Part shown: piece by piece, positions 40,259 to 50,541 of the stretch
How the letters are laid out: each line of letters starts with the position of its first letter
How positions within the stretch are numbered: the first letter of the stretch is position 1
Origin: an uncultured Tenacibaculum sp.
GTDB lineage: Bacteria > Bacteroidota > Bacteroidia > Flavobacteriales > Flavobacteriaceae
NCBI GenBank assembly: GCA_947496185.1
Contig: CANMCD010000009.1
Location: forward strand, 88,115-152,114
DNA: 64,000 bases
Direction: 5' to 3'
Position numbers and translations under genes: made by a program
The notes under the pieces: model-generated
The model's database searches: none
Seen by the model: only the letters and a program-made list of their open reading frames with translations
What the model was told of the DNA's origin: nothing

Positions 40259-40329
40259 TGGCCTATGGTGTAATGGTAACACACCGGTTTTTGGTGCCGT
40301 TATTCTAGGTTCGAGTCCTAGTAGGCCAA
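40259..40329 (+). tRNA. tRNA-Gln (anticodon TTG), identical second copy
   Basis: Same 71-nt sequence as 40125-40195. Confidence 0.96.
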
Positions 40330-40330
40330 C

Positions 40331-40376
40331 AAAACTCTCAACAAAATTATTGTTGGGAGTTTTTTTATGCCTATCT
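40331..40376 (+). terminator. Terminator after tRNA pair
   Basis: AAAACTCTCAACAA...TTGTTGGGAGTTTTTTT. Confidence 0.75.
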
Positions 40377-40537
40377 CCAAATTAACACCAATACTTTAAG
40401 CTACATTTTTTTATTTCTTTAACAAATAACCCCTTTTATATGTTAATTTAATCCTAAAACCCCCTATCCAAGTGCCTAAAAAAAAAACACAAACCACTAA
40501 TAAACATATATTTATATCAAATAAAAAATCTAACATT

Positions 40538-41026
40538 ATGAATAAAACTTTTATTTTTCTATTAGTTTTCTTTTCCAGTTTTTTAATTGTGAATTGCTCT
40601 TCTTCCGAAACAGACACAAGTTTAGAAGCTGAAACAGCAACACTAAAAAACACTATAATACAAGAACTAACAGATATTATTAACAATCCTGCAACCTCAG
40701 AGTTCAACGATAAATATCCTGTAGTTTGTGAAGGACCTCCAGGACAAGATCCTTTTGGAATATGCTCTAGAAACAACCTCATCAAAGACAAAGTATTATT
40801 TAATTATAAAATTGATGAAACATTTTACGCTAGAGAAGTTCCTTATTCGCTAGGTACTTTAATTAAAGAAGGGGTATTACTTAATAAAGATAAGATTCTT
40901 TGTGAAGGCCCTCCGGGAGAATTCCCTTTCGGCAAATGCGTAAGAGACAACTTATCAAACGAAAAAAAAGTAATCGTGTTTAAACTAAGTAAGAAGGAGT
41001 TTTTTGCAGAAGAGATAATTCCTTAG
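40538..41026 (+). CDS. Lipoprotein with two internal CEGPPG-x-x-PFG-x-C repeats
   Basis: Start MNKTF at 40538, lipobox VNC; repeats begin at Cys codons 40727 and 40901 (58 aa apart). Confidence 0.75.
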   Translation: MNKTFIFLLVFFSSFLIVNCSSSETDTSLEAETATLKNTIIQELTDIINNPATSEFNDKYPVVCEGPPGQDPFGICSRNNLIKDKVLFNYKIDETFYAREVPYSLGTLIKEGVLLNKDKILCEGPPGEFPFGKCVRDNLSNEKKVIVFKLSKKEFFAEEIIP

Positions 41027-41158
41027 CAACAGTTTAAAACATATTAAGTCTTTATAGACAATCTTTCAAAACTCCCTTTTACCTTTAAACATTAACTTTT
41101 ATATTTTAATAATCACTAAAAATTAATCCCTCAATAAATTACAACAAGTATATAAAAA

Positions 41159-42832
41159 CTACTTCTTTTCAAACTCACATCTAACTACTGGACTAATCCT
41201 AACTGGAATTATTTCATGATGTAACTTCCCTATTAATTGAATCGTTTCAGGAATAAAACCTTCGTTAAATTCTGGTACTGAAAACACAATTTTATCTTCC
41301 TCTTTTTTCGCTAAAAAAATCTTTTCTTTTACACCAGCTCGTAATACCACCTCTATTATTAAGTCTTTTATATATTTTTTGGAATCTATCAAACTAGTAA
41401 TTTCTAGCTTATTTTTTTTATTTTCATAAATAACAGGAGGGATAAACTCTAAAAAAGTATGGCACTTCGATAGTTTTTCAAACGGAGTTGAAAGTTCTTT
41501 TATATATAATTTTTCTTCATTTTTTTTTACAATAGCACTTGTCGGCTTATCATTTTTTCCAACACCAACAACAACTGGGACTTTCACCCTGCCACTTGTA
41601 TTATATGAGTATAAATCAAATTGATTTTTTCGACTATTCCAAGCATTGTATTGATAGGGCCTCCTTCCTGAATAAAACCAATAGGTAGCCGTATTTTGAT
41701 ACGAATTTAAAAAGACAGCTTCTTTCCCTTCTAACTTTGCCTCCAATGCCGCTACCCATTTTTTATTACCATGCATTTCTAATTGCTTAGGCAGAATATC
41801 ATTTGCCATAGCAAACCTTAAAAACACAGAAACACCTATCGTAATGTATGCTAAAGTTTTAAATAGCTTTATTTTTTGCGTATTCTCAATTAAATAATGA
41901 AAAGGAATCACAATTAACGGAATTGAAATCGGGACAATCCATTGCGCTTGAACATGCCCTTTAAAAGAAGCAATGAAAAAGAAAACAAAAAAACCTAGCA
42001 CTATAAAGTTCATCCCTCTAAAAAACAAACTCTTTGTTTTTAGTTTTTTTAAAAAAGCACTATAAACAACTGGAAATGTAAACCCTATAATTGCAATAGC
42101 ATTAAGAAAATGATTGGTTGTATAATCAAACCTGTAACTAGCTTGCCCACTTCTTTCCATTAAATGATATTTAAAGGAAGGAAAATCATTGGTTATTTGC
42201 CAATATAAATGTGGTAAAAACAATAAAATAATCACCAGTATTACTCCCCAAACCTTCCCATCTTTTAATACCTTAAAATTGGACAACACCACAAAAAAGA
42301 CCACCAAAACACTTTGATATTTACTGTACAACATTCCTGTGATTGAAATAGCCAGTATTACGTAACTCAACAAAGACTTATCTTCTAAATATCTTTTATA
42401 ACCCCATAAAAACAAAGCTATGAACAGCATCAACGGTGTATCAGGCACAGTAATAAACCCATATACATTGAAAAGTGATGTACTTAACAAAAGTAAAACA
42501 AACACTCCAACATATTTTTGTTTTTGAGGATGGGTAATTAATAACCAAACAATGTAAAAAGTAACCGATAATGTTATAGCAGAAAAAAAACGTACACTTA
42601 ATTCTCCTGTTGAGAAAAACAGTTTAGAAATAGCAATCCAAACAGCTACCATCGGAGGATGATCAAAGTACCCCCAATCTAAGTAATTACTGTACCCCCA
42701 ATAATAGGCTTCATCTGACAGCAATTCTGTGTAATACCCTTGAAATACGTTTACTAAAAAAAGTAGTATTAAAAAAACCGGGAATATAAATTTGGTATTT
42801 ATGACTTTTTCCATGACCGCAAAACTAATCAT
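41159..42832 (-). CDS. ArnT/GT39-like membrane glycosyltransferase
   Basis: DEAYYW, GYFDHPPMVA, ELSVR, PDTPL, LYSKY. Confidence 0.88.
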   Translation of the reverse strand: MISFAVMEKVINTKFIFPVFLILLFLVNVFQGYYTELLSDEAYYWGYSNYLDWGYFDHPPMVAVWIAISKLFFSTGELSVRFFSAITLSVTFYIVWLLITHPQKQKYVGVFVLLLLSTSLFNVYGFITVPDTPLMLFIALFLWGYKRYLEDKSLLSYVILAISITGMLYSKYQSVLVVFFVVLSNFKVLKDGKVWGVILVIILLFLPHLYWQITNDFPSFKYHLMERSGQASYRFDYTTNHFLNAIAIIGFTFPVVYSAFLKKLKTKSLFFRGMNFIVLGFFVFFFIASFKGHVQAQWIVPISIPLIVIPFHYLIENTQKIKLFKTLAYITIGVSVFLRFAMANDILPKQLEMHGNKKWVAALEAKLEGKEAVFLNSYQNTATYWFYSGRRPYQYNAWNSRKNQFDLYSYNTSGRVKVPVVVGVGKNDKPTSAIVKKNEEKLYIKELSTPFEKLSKCHTFLEFIPPVIYENKKNKLEITSLIDSKKYIKDLIIEVVLRAGVKEKIFLAKKEEDKIVFSVPEFNEGFIPETIQLIGKLHHEIIPVRISPVVRCEFEKK

Positions 42833-42902
42833 TATTTTACTCTAACAATTAAAATACTAAAAAACACAAAACTTATTCTATAATAAATGAAAACAAAAAA
42901 AA

Positions 42903-43592
42903 TCAGTATGCATTTTCCGAAACAGTAAAGTATTCCATAAATACATTGTCTCCAGTCTTTTCTACACAAGTAGTACTTATAGTCTGTATATAAGATCTTT
43001 TCATTTGTATTGAAAACTCAGAAGCGCCTTTCGTTTTATCTTGATGAAAAGCAATAATAGCAGTCTTATTCATAACTTTATTCTCTTGTAACCACTCATC
43101 AAACCATTTTTTTCGCGTTTCTTTCATTTCTGGTGTGTATAAAGTAGCAGAAGACCAAATTCTAGGCGTTATAGCTATCTTACTAATATTTTTATTCTTG
43201 CCGTCCCAAATTAATTCCTTTGCAATTAAGGAAGTCTCCCACTCAATCATTATCAAAGTAAAAGGTTCAATATCTAAAAGATCAATTAACTCAAGTGCTT
43301 CAAATCCGTTTTTTTCTTTTAAAAGCTCTTTTACTATGAGCCCTCTACTCTTTCTGTAGGTAGCCTTCTTTTGGTGCTTTTGATAGGCGCCGTTTAACAA
43401 ACATATCAACCTTTTCTTGTCACTTGTTCCTATCCATGTACCTCCTGCTAATGCATCTTTTGGAAAAACCATTGTTACTCCATCTTCTTGATAAGACTTC
43501 GGTGCTATGGTTTTTCTCTTGCTTTGTTCGTCTCTATTTGAAGTGAGAATAAAATCATTATTACCTAAGGGAATAAATGTTACTGTACACAT
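42903..43592 (-). CDS. NRDE/TANGO2 family protein
   Basis: N-terminal MCT, SNRDE, GGTWIG, LLNG, SRGLIV. Confidence 0.92.
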   Translation of the reverse strand: MCTVTFIPLGNNDFILTSNRDEQSKRKTIAPKSYQEDGVTMVFPKDALAGGTWIGTSDKKRLICLLNGAYQKHQKKATYRKSRGLIVKELLKEKNGFEALELIDLLDIEPFTLIMIEWETSLIAKELIWDGKNKNISKIAITPRIWSSATLYTPEMKETRKKWFDEWLQENKVMNKTAIIAFHQDKTKGASEFSIQMKRSYIQTISTTCVEKTGDNVFMEYFTVSENAY

Positions 43593-43729
43593 ACAATCAT
43601 CGTTTTACATAAATAAGAAACGTAAACTACATTTCTATTACTAAAAATAAATGTAACTTTGTTCACCAAATGCTAAAGCTACGGTTTTTAGCTCAGAAAA
43701 TAAATTTAATAACAAACAACATACTAAAA

Positions 43730-45355
43730 ATGGGAAAAGGTTTTTTTCACGTGCCAACTGCCATTAACGAACCTGTAAAAGGGTATGCCCCAGGCTCGCC
43801 AGAAAGAGAAGCGGTTTCTAGACAATACAAAGAATATTTTAACGGTTCTGTTGACGTACCAATGTATATCGGTACAGAGGAAGTTAGAACTGGAAATACG
43901 CGTAATATGACACCTCCTCACGACCATCAACATGTAGTAGGTCAATACCACATTGGTGATAAAAGTCATGCGGAAAAAGCTATTGCCACTGCTTTAGAGG
44001 CTCGTAAAGAATGGTCTCAAATGCCTTGGGAACAAAGAGCTGCTATATTTTTACGTGCTGCGGAACTAATTGCAGGCCCTTATCGTGCAAAGATCAATGC
44101 AGCAACTATGATCGCACAATCAAAAACAGTACACCAAGCTGAAATTGATGCTGCTTGTGAATTAATTGATTTCCTTCGTTTTAATGTAGAGTATATGTCT
44201 GACATTTATAACGAACAACCAAATTCTGATGATGGTATTTGGAATAGAGTAGAATACAGACCTCTAGAAGGATTTGTATATGCGATTACTCCGTTCAATT
44301 TCACGGCAATTGCGGCAAATTTACCAGCTTCTGCAGCCATGATGGGAAATGTTGTTGTTTGGAAGCCTTCAGACAGTCAAGTATTTTCTGCTAAGGTAAT
44401 TGTAGATATTTTCAAAGAAGCAGGAGTACCTGATGGTGTAATTAATGTAATCTATGGGGATCCTGTAGAAATTACAGATACCGTATTGGCTTCACCTGAC
44501 TTTGCTGGAATTCATTTTACTGGATCTACGTTTGTATTCAAAGAGCTTTGGAAAAAAATCGGAGAAAATATTCATACGTATAAAACCTATCCAAAGATTG
44601 TAGGAGAAACAGGTGGTAAAGATTTTATCATTGCACACCCTTCTGCGAATCCAAAACAAGTAGCTACAGGAATTTCGCGTGGTGCTTTTGAATTCCAAGG
44701 ACAGAAGTGTTCTGCAGCTTCTAGAGTATATTTACCTAAATCTATTGCTAATGAGGTATTAAATTTTGTTAAAGAAGATATCGCTTCATTCAAAATGGGT
44801 TCTCCAGAAGATTTAAGCAACTTCATTACAGCTGTAATTCACGAAGGATCATTTGACAAACTTGCTTCGTATATCGATCAAGCTAAGAATGATTCAGATG
44901 CTGAAGTTATCGCTGGAGGAAATTATGACAAATCTAAAGGATACTTTGTAGAACCAACGGTTATCTTAACAACCAATCCAAAGTATACGACTATGGAAAC
45001 GGAATTATTCGGCCCTGTAGTTACGATTTACGTTTATGAAGATGCGGATTGGAAAGAAACATTAGCGTTGGTAGACGCTACTTCTGAATATGCATTAACA
45101 GGTGCTGTATTCTCTACGGATCGATATGCTGTAACGGAAGCTACTCAAGCATTAGAAAACTGTGCGGGTAACTTCTACATCAACGACAAGCCAACAGGAG
45201 CTGTTGTAGGACAACAACCTTTTGGAGGTGCTAGAGCTTCAGGGACAAATGACAAAGCAGGTTCTGCTCAAAACTTGTTAAGATGGGTATCTCCTCGTTT
45301 AATCAAAGAGACGTTTGTTTCTCCTTCTGATTATCGTTACCCTTTCTTAGGTTAA
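43730..45355 (+). CDS. pruA: L-glutamate gamma-semialdehyde (P5C) dehydrogenase
   Basis: EIDAACELIDF, PFNFTAI, FTGST, GETGGK, GQKCSA, ELFGP, GQQPFGGARASGTNDKAG; start MGKGF at 43730; TAACTTTG at 43654-43661. Confidence 0.95.
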   Translation: MGKGFFHVPTAINEPVKGYAPGSPEREAVSRQYKEYFNGSVDVPMYIGTEEVRTGNTRNMTPPHDHQHVVGQYHIGDKSHAEKAIATALEARKEWSQMPWEQRAAIFLRAAELIAGPYRAKINAATMIAQSKTVHQAEIDAACELIDFLRFNVEYMSDIYNEQPNSDDGIWNRVEYRPLEGFVYAITPFNFTAIAANLPASAAMMGNVVVWKPSDSQVFSAKVIVDIFKEAGVPDGVINVIYGDPVEITDTVLASPDFAGIHFTGSTFVFKELWKKIGENIHTYKTYPKIVGETGGKDFIIAHPSANPKQVATGISRGAFEFQGQKCSAASRVYLPKSIANEVLNFVKEDIASFKMGSPEDLSNFITAVIHEGSFDKLASYIDQAKNDSDAEVIAGGNYDKSKGYFVEPTVILTTNPKYTTMETELFGPVVTIYVYEDADWKETLALVDATSEYALTGAVFSTDRYAVTEATQALENCAGNFYINDKPTGAVVGQQPFGGARASGTNDKAGSAQNLLRWVSPRLIKETFVSPSDYRYPFLG

Positions 45356-45382
45356 GAAATTACTATATCTTTTATTATATAT

Positions 45383-45415
45383 AAATAGCTGCCCGATTGG
45401 GCAGCTATTTTTTTT
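45383..45415. terminator. Bidirectional-type terminator after pruA
   Basis: AAATAGCTGCCC-GATT-GGGCAGCTATTT plus T-run. Confidence 0.88.
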
Positions 45416-45429
45416 CATGCAATAAGAAA

Positions 45430-46311
45430 TTAATTATTTTTGATTTTTTCAAACTCATTACTTTGATTTGCTTTTACATACCTAGCATTTAAAACTTCGT
45501 TTGTTTCTCCGTCAGTAACCATTACAACGAACGCTAATTTTGATTTGTCTTTTACATTTTTAGGAATGCTAATTTTAAATTGCTTTTTAAAGATATTTCC
45601 TTTTTTAGTTGCTTTAGCATTAATAACATCACCTAAAGGATTCGTAAATGAATACCTTAACACATCGTTATGTTCATAACCTACGATAGGATTTTTTCCA
45701 AGATTTGGATTATTATTACTTTGATCAGCAACTATCCCATCTTCTAGGACAAAAGCCGATAGCTTTATCTTATTATCATAAGTTTTAGCAAACTGAATCT
45801 CTATATCTAAGGAAACATTACTCGCTACTTTTGAATTTAATTTCACCCCTAAATAACTCTCTTTACCAAATAATTCTAGAATCTTATCTTCTTTCACATA
45901 CTTATCTCTATTTTTATCATTTTCATCTATAGTACCACTCCAGTCCAACCATTTCTTCCTATCTACATCTACCGTAGGATAAAACGAAATTTCATTCCAT
46001 CCTAACAAGACTTGTGAATACTTATTCCACATAATATCCTTATAGTTTGACGGATGATGAGTAATCGAAAAAATATTTTTTTTCTGCTTTTTTATTTTCT
46101 TGACCTTATCCGCAGCAGAAGGACACCACGCACACCAAGTAGCTGTATAGTATTCTAAAACCACATTCCTTTTAAAAGAGTAATCAACCTCCACTTTGGG
46201 TTCATCTTTTGGATCTTTAATATCATCCGAATCATTGCTTGAACAAGAAATTTGTAGTACACATGTCAATGCCAAACATAAAACACTTGCTTTTTTTAAA
46301 ATTGTTTTCAT
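45430..46311 (-). CDS. Omp28-related thioredoxin-fold lipoprotein (CxxC intact)
   Basis: Lipobox QISC, VVLEYYTATWCAWCP, FYPT, LEDGI, YEHNDVLR. Confidence 0.8.
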   Translation of the reverse strand: MKTILKKASVLCLALTCVLQISCSSNDSDDIKDPKDEPKVEVDYSFKRNVVLEYYTATWCAWCPSAADKVKKIKKQKKNIFSITHHPSNYKDIMWNKYSQVLLGWNEISFYPTVDVDRKKWLDWSGTIDENDKNRDKYVKEDKILELFGKESYLGVKLNSKVASNVSLDIEIQFAKTYDNKIKLSAFVLEDGIVADQSNNNPNLGKNPIVGYEHNDVLRYSFTNPLGDVINAKATKKGNIFKKQFKISIPKNVKDKSKLAFVVMVTDGETNEVLNARYVKANQSNEFEKIKNN

Positions 46312-46667
46312 AATGTAATATTTTTAAGTTTTTATACCGCGTAATTAAAACAATTCATTTTTTATCTACCCTAATTATTTTTTGTTTAATTTTTAACATA
46401 AAACACTACACTATTGACTATCAAAAAACTAAACAAATACTCGTCTCCAAAAATATTTCCCATTTATATATTTAGTATTTATTTAACACTAGTCACTCCC
46501 AAAAACAGCTTAAAAATTTTTTTTTTTGAAAAAATTAAAAATTAAGTACTAAACTTAGTTTTCTAATGATATTTTAAGTTATCAACCGCAATTTTGAGTT
46601 TAATCTTTAAGTAGTAGACTTAGGGTCAATCCTCTATTAGAAATTATAACATAACAAATTAAATATC

Positions 46668-47156
46668 ATGATGAAACCTATTCTTTTTATTAGCCTTACG
46701 CTATTATTTATTTCAAATTCTTTTTCTCAGAAAAACATTCCTAACAAAAATCTTGAAAATTTACAGGGACAGACCGTTAACATTCATAATGAAATAACTA
46801 AAGACAAAATAACCGTCTTGAGTTTTTGGGCAACTTGGTGTATTCCTTGTCTTAATGAACTCGATGCTATAGACGAAGTTTATGAAGATTGGCAGGAAGA
46901 AACCAATGTTGAATTGATCGCTATCTCTACAGATGACGCACGATCACAAAAACGTGTAAAAGCACTCGTCAATGGGAAAGGATGGGAATACAAAGTACTT
47001 CTTGACAAAAATCAAGAACTTAAAAGAGCTCTAAATATAAATACAGTTCCTGAAGTTTTGGTTGTAAAAAATGGAAAGGTCATATACAGACACTCAGGAT
47101 ACGCTCCTGGTTTTGAAGACAAACTTTTCCAAATCCTTAAAGAAAACGCCCTTTAA
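46668..47156 (+). CDS. TlpA family thiol-disulfide oxidoreductase (exported)
   Basis: Signal peptide, SFWATWCIPCLNEL, VPEVLVV. Confidence 0.9.
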   Translation: MMKPILFISLTLLFISNSFSQKNIPNKNLENLQGQTVNIHNEITKDKITVLSFWATWCIPCLNELDAIDEVYEDWQEETNVELIAISTDDARSQKRVKALVNGKGWEYKVLLDKNQELKRALNINTVPEVLVVKNGKVIYRHSGYAPGFEDKLFQILKENAL

Positions 47157-47173
47157 CCCTCCTCTGATATATC

Positions 47174-48826
47174 ATGAAAAAACTGACTTATATTACATAT
47201 CTACTGTTATTTTTGCCATTAATTTTCTTTGGTCAGAAAAAAAGTAATGTTGTGCTTGGCTTAGAATCCAATTCTCAATATTACACCGATGATTCAAAAA
47301 CTGGAGAGTTCAAAGAATCGAATCGTTTTAGATCAAATAATTATATCTCTGCGCTTTATGAATACAAAAATTTTTATGCAGGACTTCAAATAGAAAGCTA
47401 TTCACCACAAAGCTTGTTAAACTATTATTCAGGTTTTGAAAAAACAAATTTAGGATTGTATTATGCAGGTTATAAGAACAATAAAATAGAAATTACGCTT
47501 GGCCATTTTTATGAACAATTTGGTAGCGGACTAGCCCTTAGGTCTTGGGAAGACAGACAACTAGGGATAAATAACGCTTTACGCGGTGGACGAATTAAAT
47601 ATACTCCTTTTGATTATTTAGAATTCAAAGCACTTTATGGTAAACATCGAGCCGGATTTGAACATTCAAAAGGAACTGTTTTTGGGTTTGATATCAATAT
47701 TTTAATATCTGATCTTATTAATTTAAAAAGTACGGATCTATCCCTTGGTTTTAGCTACGTAAGTAAAAACGAAAAAAATGATACTTCGAGTAATTTAGTC
47801 AGTGATATGACCAATGTTTTTGAAGGAAGAATTGATTTTTCTAAAAAAAACTTCTATTCGAGTATACATTATACACACAAAGGAAAAGAGCCTATTTTTT
47901 TCTTAAGAGATGTAAAAGCTGTAAAAACTGGATCAGCATATACCTTAAACCTTGGTTATACACAAAAAGGACTAGGTATAGATGCTACATTTAGAAGATT
48001 AGAAAACATGGATTTTTACGCTGAACGATCGAAAAAAGGGAACGACTTTAGTCAATATATCGTCAACTATGTTCCGGGTCTTACCAAACAACATGACTAT
48101 CTTTTATCAAATATATATGTATACCAAGCTCAGCCTCAAGTTTCCTTCTTTTTACCTCCAAGATTCGGTGAAATTGGAGGGCAATTAGATATTTTTTATA
48201 ACATAAAGAAGAAAACTTTTTTGGGCGGAAAATATGGAACTAAAATTGCCGCAAACGTTGCTTATTGGTATGGATTAAAAGGAGAGGCTGATCATTCAAA
48301 CCCCACATTATATGACTATACGGTTTCAACATTTGGCTTTGGAGACAAATACTTCTCCGACATGAGTATTGAAATTCGTAAAAAATGGTCTAAAAAATGG
48401 AATAGTATTTTCTATTATGTAAACCAATTTTATAACATGGAATATCTAGAGCAAAAACCAGGAGTGGTTAATGCTGATATTGCCGTTGCTGAGACTACCT
48501 ATAAAATAGGTGGGGGGGCTTCTATTCGATTTGAAGCGCAACATCTCTGGACCAAAGATGATAAAAAGAACTGGATCGGTGGTACATTGGAATACAATCT
48601 ATCTCCTTATATTTCTTTCTATGTAAATGATATTTACAACTACGGAAATGATGATCTTTCTAAAAGAATACATTACTATAATGTTGGAGGAAATTACACT
48701 TACAAATCTAATCGTATTGGTCTTAGCTATGGAAGACAACGTGGTGGTCTAATATGCATAGGAGGGGTATGTAGGTTTGTTCCTGAAAGCTCTGGCCTAA
48801 CCATTAATCTCAGCATCAATTTTTAG
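47174..48826 (+). CDS. DUF6029-like probable outer-membrane beta-barrel
   Basis: Signal peptide, YEQFGSGL, Tyr/Gly-rich alternating strands, RQRGGLICIGGVCR near C-terminus, terminal Phe; family from recall. Confidence 0.7.
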   Translation: MKKLTYITYLLLFLPLIFFGQKKSNVVLGLESNSQYYTDDSKTGEFKESNRFRSNNYISALYEYKNFYAGLQIESYSPQSLLNYYSGFEKTNLGLYYAGYKNNKIEITLGHFYEQFGSGLALRSWEDRQLGINNALRGGRIKYTPFDYLEFKALYGKHRAGFEHSKGTVFGFDINILISDLINLKSTDLSLGFSYVSKNEKNDTSSNLVSDMTNVFEGRIDFSKKNFYSSIHYTHKGKEPIFFLRDVKAVKTGSAYTLNLGYTQKGLGIDATFRRLENMDFYAERSKKGNDFSQYIVNYVPGLTKQHDYLLSNIYVYQAQPQVSFFLPPRFGEIGGQLDIFYNIKKKTFLGGKYGTKIAANVAYWYGLKGEADHSNPTLYDYTVSTFGFGDKYFSDMSIEIRKKWSKKWNSIFYYVNQFYNMEYLEQKPGVVNADIAVAETTYKIGGGASIRFEAQHLWTKDDKKNWIGGTLEYNLSPYISFYVNDIYNYGNDDLSKRIHYYNVGGNYTYKSNRIGLSYGRQRGGLICIGGVCRFVPESSGLTINLSINF

Positions 48827-48833
48827 GTTTCGA

Positions 48834-48876
48834 AAAGTCCTATTGATACAAAAAAATATCCAGATAGGACTTTTTG
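48834..48876 (+). terminator. Hairpin after DUF6029-like gene
   Basis: AAAAGTCCTAT ... ATAGGACTTTT. Confidence 0.6.
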
Positions 48877-48889
48877 TTTTTGCATTCAA

Positions 48890-48960
48890 TTACACCACAA
48901 AATTCAATATCATAAAATAATGGCTAATTTTACCTCCTGAAACAAAGAAATACTAAATAA
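48890..48960 (-). pseudogene. Decayed copy of the 3' end of the hemolysin III gene
   Basis: 36-nt exact match 48893-48928 = 50545-50580, flanked by diverged alignable sequence. Confidence 0.85.
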
Positions 48961-48972
48961 ATATCATTGCAT

Positions 48973-49271
48973 TACCCATAGATACGCTATAACGGAAGCT
49001 ACTCAAACATTAAAAAACTGTGTGGACAACCGCTACATCAACGATAAGCCAACAGGAACTGTTGTAGGGCAAAAACCTTTTGGAAGTATTAGAGCTTCAG
49101 GAACAAATGACAAAGCTGGTTCTAATCAAAACTTATTAAGATAGGGTTTTCCTCGTTTAATTTAAAAAAACCTTGTTTTTTTTCCATAAGATTATCGTTA
49201 TCCTTACTTACATTAAGAAATTACTATATATTTATTATATATAAATAGCTGCCCAATCGGGCAGCTATTTT
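48973..49271 (+). pseudogene. Decayed copy of pruA 3' end plus its terminator
   Basis: Aligns along its length to 45115-45411; pruA TGG is TAG in the copy; terminator AAATAGCTGCCC-AATC-GGGCAGCTATTT at 49243-49270. Confidence 0.92.
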
Positions 49272-49297
49272 AATTTTATAGGAATATCACTTATATT

Positions 49298-50365
49298 TTA
49301 ATAGTAATACGCATATTCACTACTTTGATTTGCTTTTACATACCTAGCATTTAAAACCGAATTAGTTTTAGCATTACATACCATAACCACAAATCCTAGA
49401 TTTGACTTATTGGTTACATTCGAGGGTATATTTGCCTTAAATTTCTTTTTGTATATATTATTCTTTATTTGCTTAGGGTCGATTTTATCCCCTAATACAT
49501 CTGTAAAAGAATGTCTCAATACATTATTATACTCATAATCCTTAATAACAGCTGTAGCACTATTATCCATCAAAAGGACTTTCTGATCAGCTTTTAAGCC
49601 ATCCTCTAAAAGAAAAACAACTAATTTCAAATTATTAAAATCTTCTTCTTTATAAAGTTTAAACTCTACATCTAAAAGTATTTCAGAATCTAATTTTGAT
49701 TTTAATTTTATTCCTATTAGACTCTTATCATGGCTAACACCTTTCTTAAAAAGCCTATTCCCTCTTTTCTTTAATGGATCAAATGACATAGATCTACTGT
49801 ATAAAAGACAAGGAGCGTCAAAAAGTTCATTTAGTTTGTTGGAAAACTCATTTTGCATAATATCGAAATCACCTTTAGGTGAGTTGACATGAAATTCAAC
49901 TGAAATAAGTCCATTTAATATCTTATAATTTGTATCGAGTATTATTGATCGCAAATGGTGAGAAGGGTCCCAAGTTCCTGTAAAATATTCTAACACTTCA
50001 TTCTGCTTAAAGAAATTCTTTTTGTCAATTACCGTAAGGTCTAGTTCATTTATACTTTTGTTTTCTTTGTACTCCGCTCTAACTTTGTAGTTATCTGCTT
50101 TAGAGAATATAAACTTACTACTGCTTATTTCTTTATCATTTATATAAATTTTTGATTTGCTGGTTATATCTTCTCCGCTGTCTTTTTTTACCGTAAATAC
50201 AATTTCTTCACCTGTAGCGATATAGTCATCTTTTATATCAACTGCTATTTTTACGTTTACTTTTTCCTCTACGGGATCTGGGCGATTAGCAGGTTCTTCG
50301 TCGGAGCAAGAAATTTGAAAAATACTTACTAAAATAAAAAGTACTGATTTACTTAGATTATTCAT
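49298..50365 (-). CDS. Omp28-related lipoprotein paralog with N-terminal Ig-like segment, CxxC lost
   Basis: Lipobox QISC; VLEYFTGTWDPSHH; LEDGL, YNNVLRHSFTDVLGD, VLNARYVKANQS shared with 45430-46311. Confidence 0.8.
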   Translation of the reverse strand: MNNLSKSVLFILVSIFQISCSDEEPANRPDPVEEKVNVKIAVDIKDDYIATGEEIVFTVKKDSGEDITSKSKIYINDKEISSSKFIFSKADNYKVRAEYKENKSINELDLTVIDKKNFFKQNEVLEYFTGTWDPSHHLRSIILDTNYKILNGLISVEFHVNSPKGDFDIMQNEFSNKLNELFDAPCLLYSRSMSFDPLKKRGNRLFKKGVSHDKSLIGIKLKSKLDSEILLDVEFKLYKEEDFNNLKLVVFLLEDGLKADQKVLLMDNSATAVIKDYEYNNVLRHSFTDVLGDKIDPKQIKNNIYKKKFKANIPSNVTNKSNLGFVVMVCNAKTNSVLNARYVKANQSSEYAYYY

Positions 50366-50541
50366 TATAGTTTTTAATTTTTATAGTTATATATATAACA
50401 TTTTAACTATAATTCCCCCTAACGACGACTACAACAATTAACATTTCTCACAATTAAAAAAAGCCATTACCCCCACCCAAAAAAACACTAAACCAACACC
50501 TTAACCTTTACTAAGCGTCTATAACTAATTTTCAAAATAAA

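Noticed and set aside
40048-40308. 86-aa ORF across the tRNA genes
   Set aside because: Overlaps two clear tRNA cloverleafs
40330-41158. Integrative element at the tRNA-Gln site
   Set aside because: No integrase, no duplicated tRNA 3' end (att) and only one cargo gene
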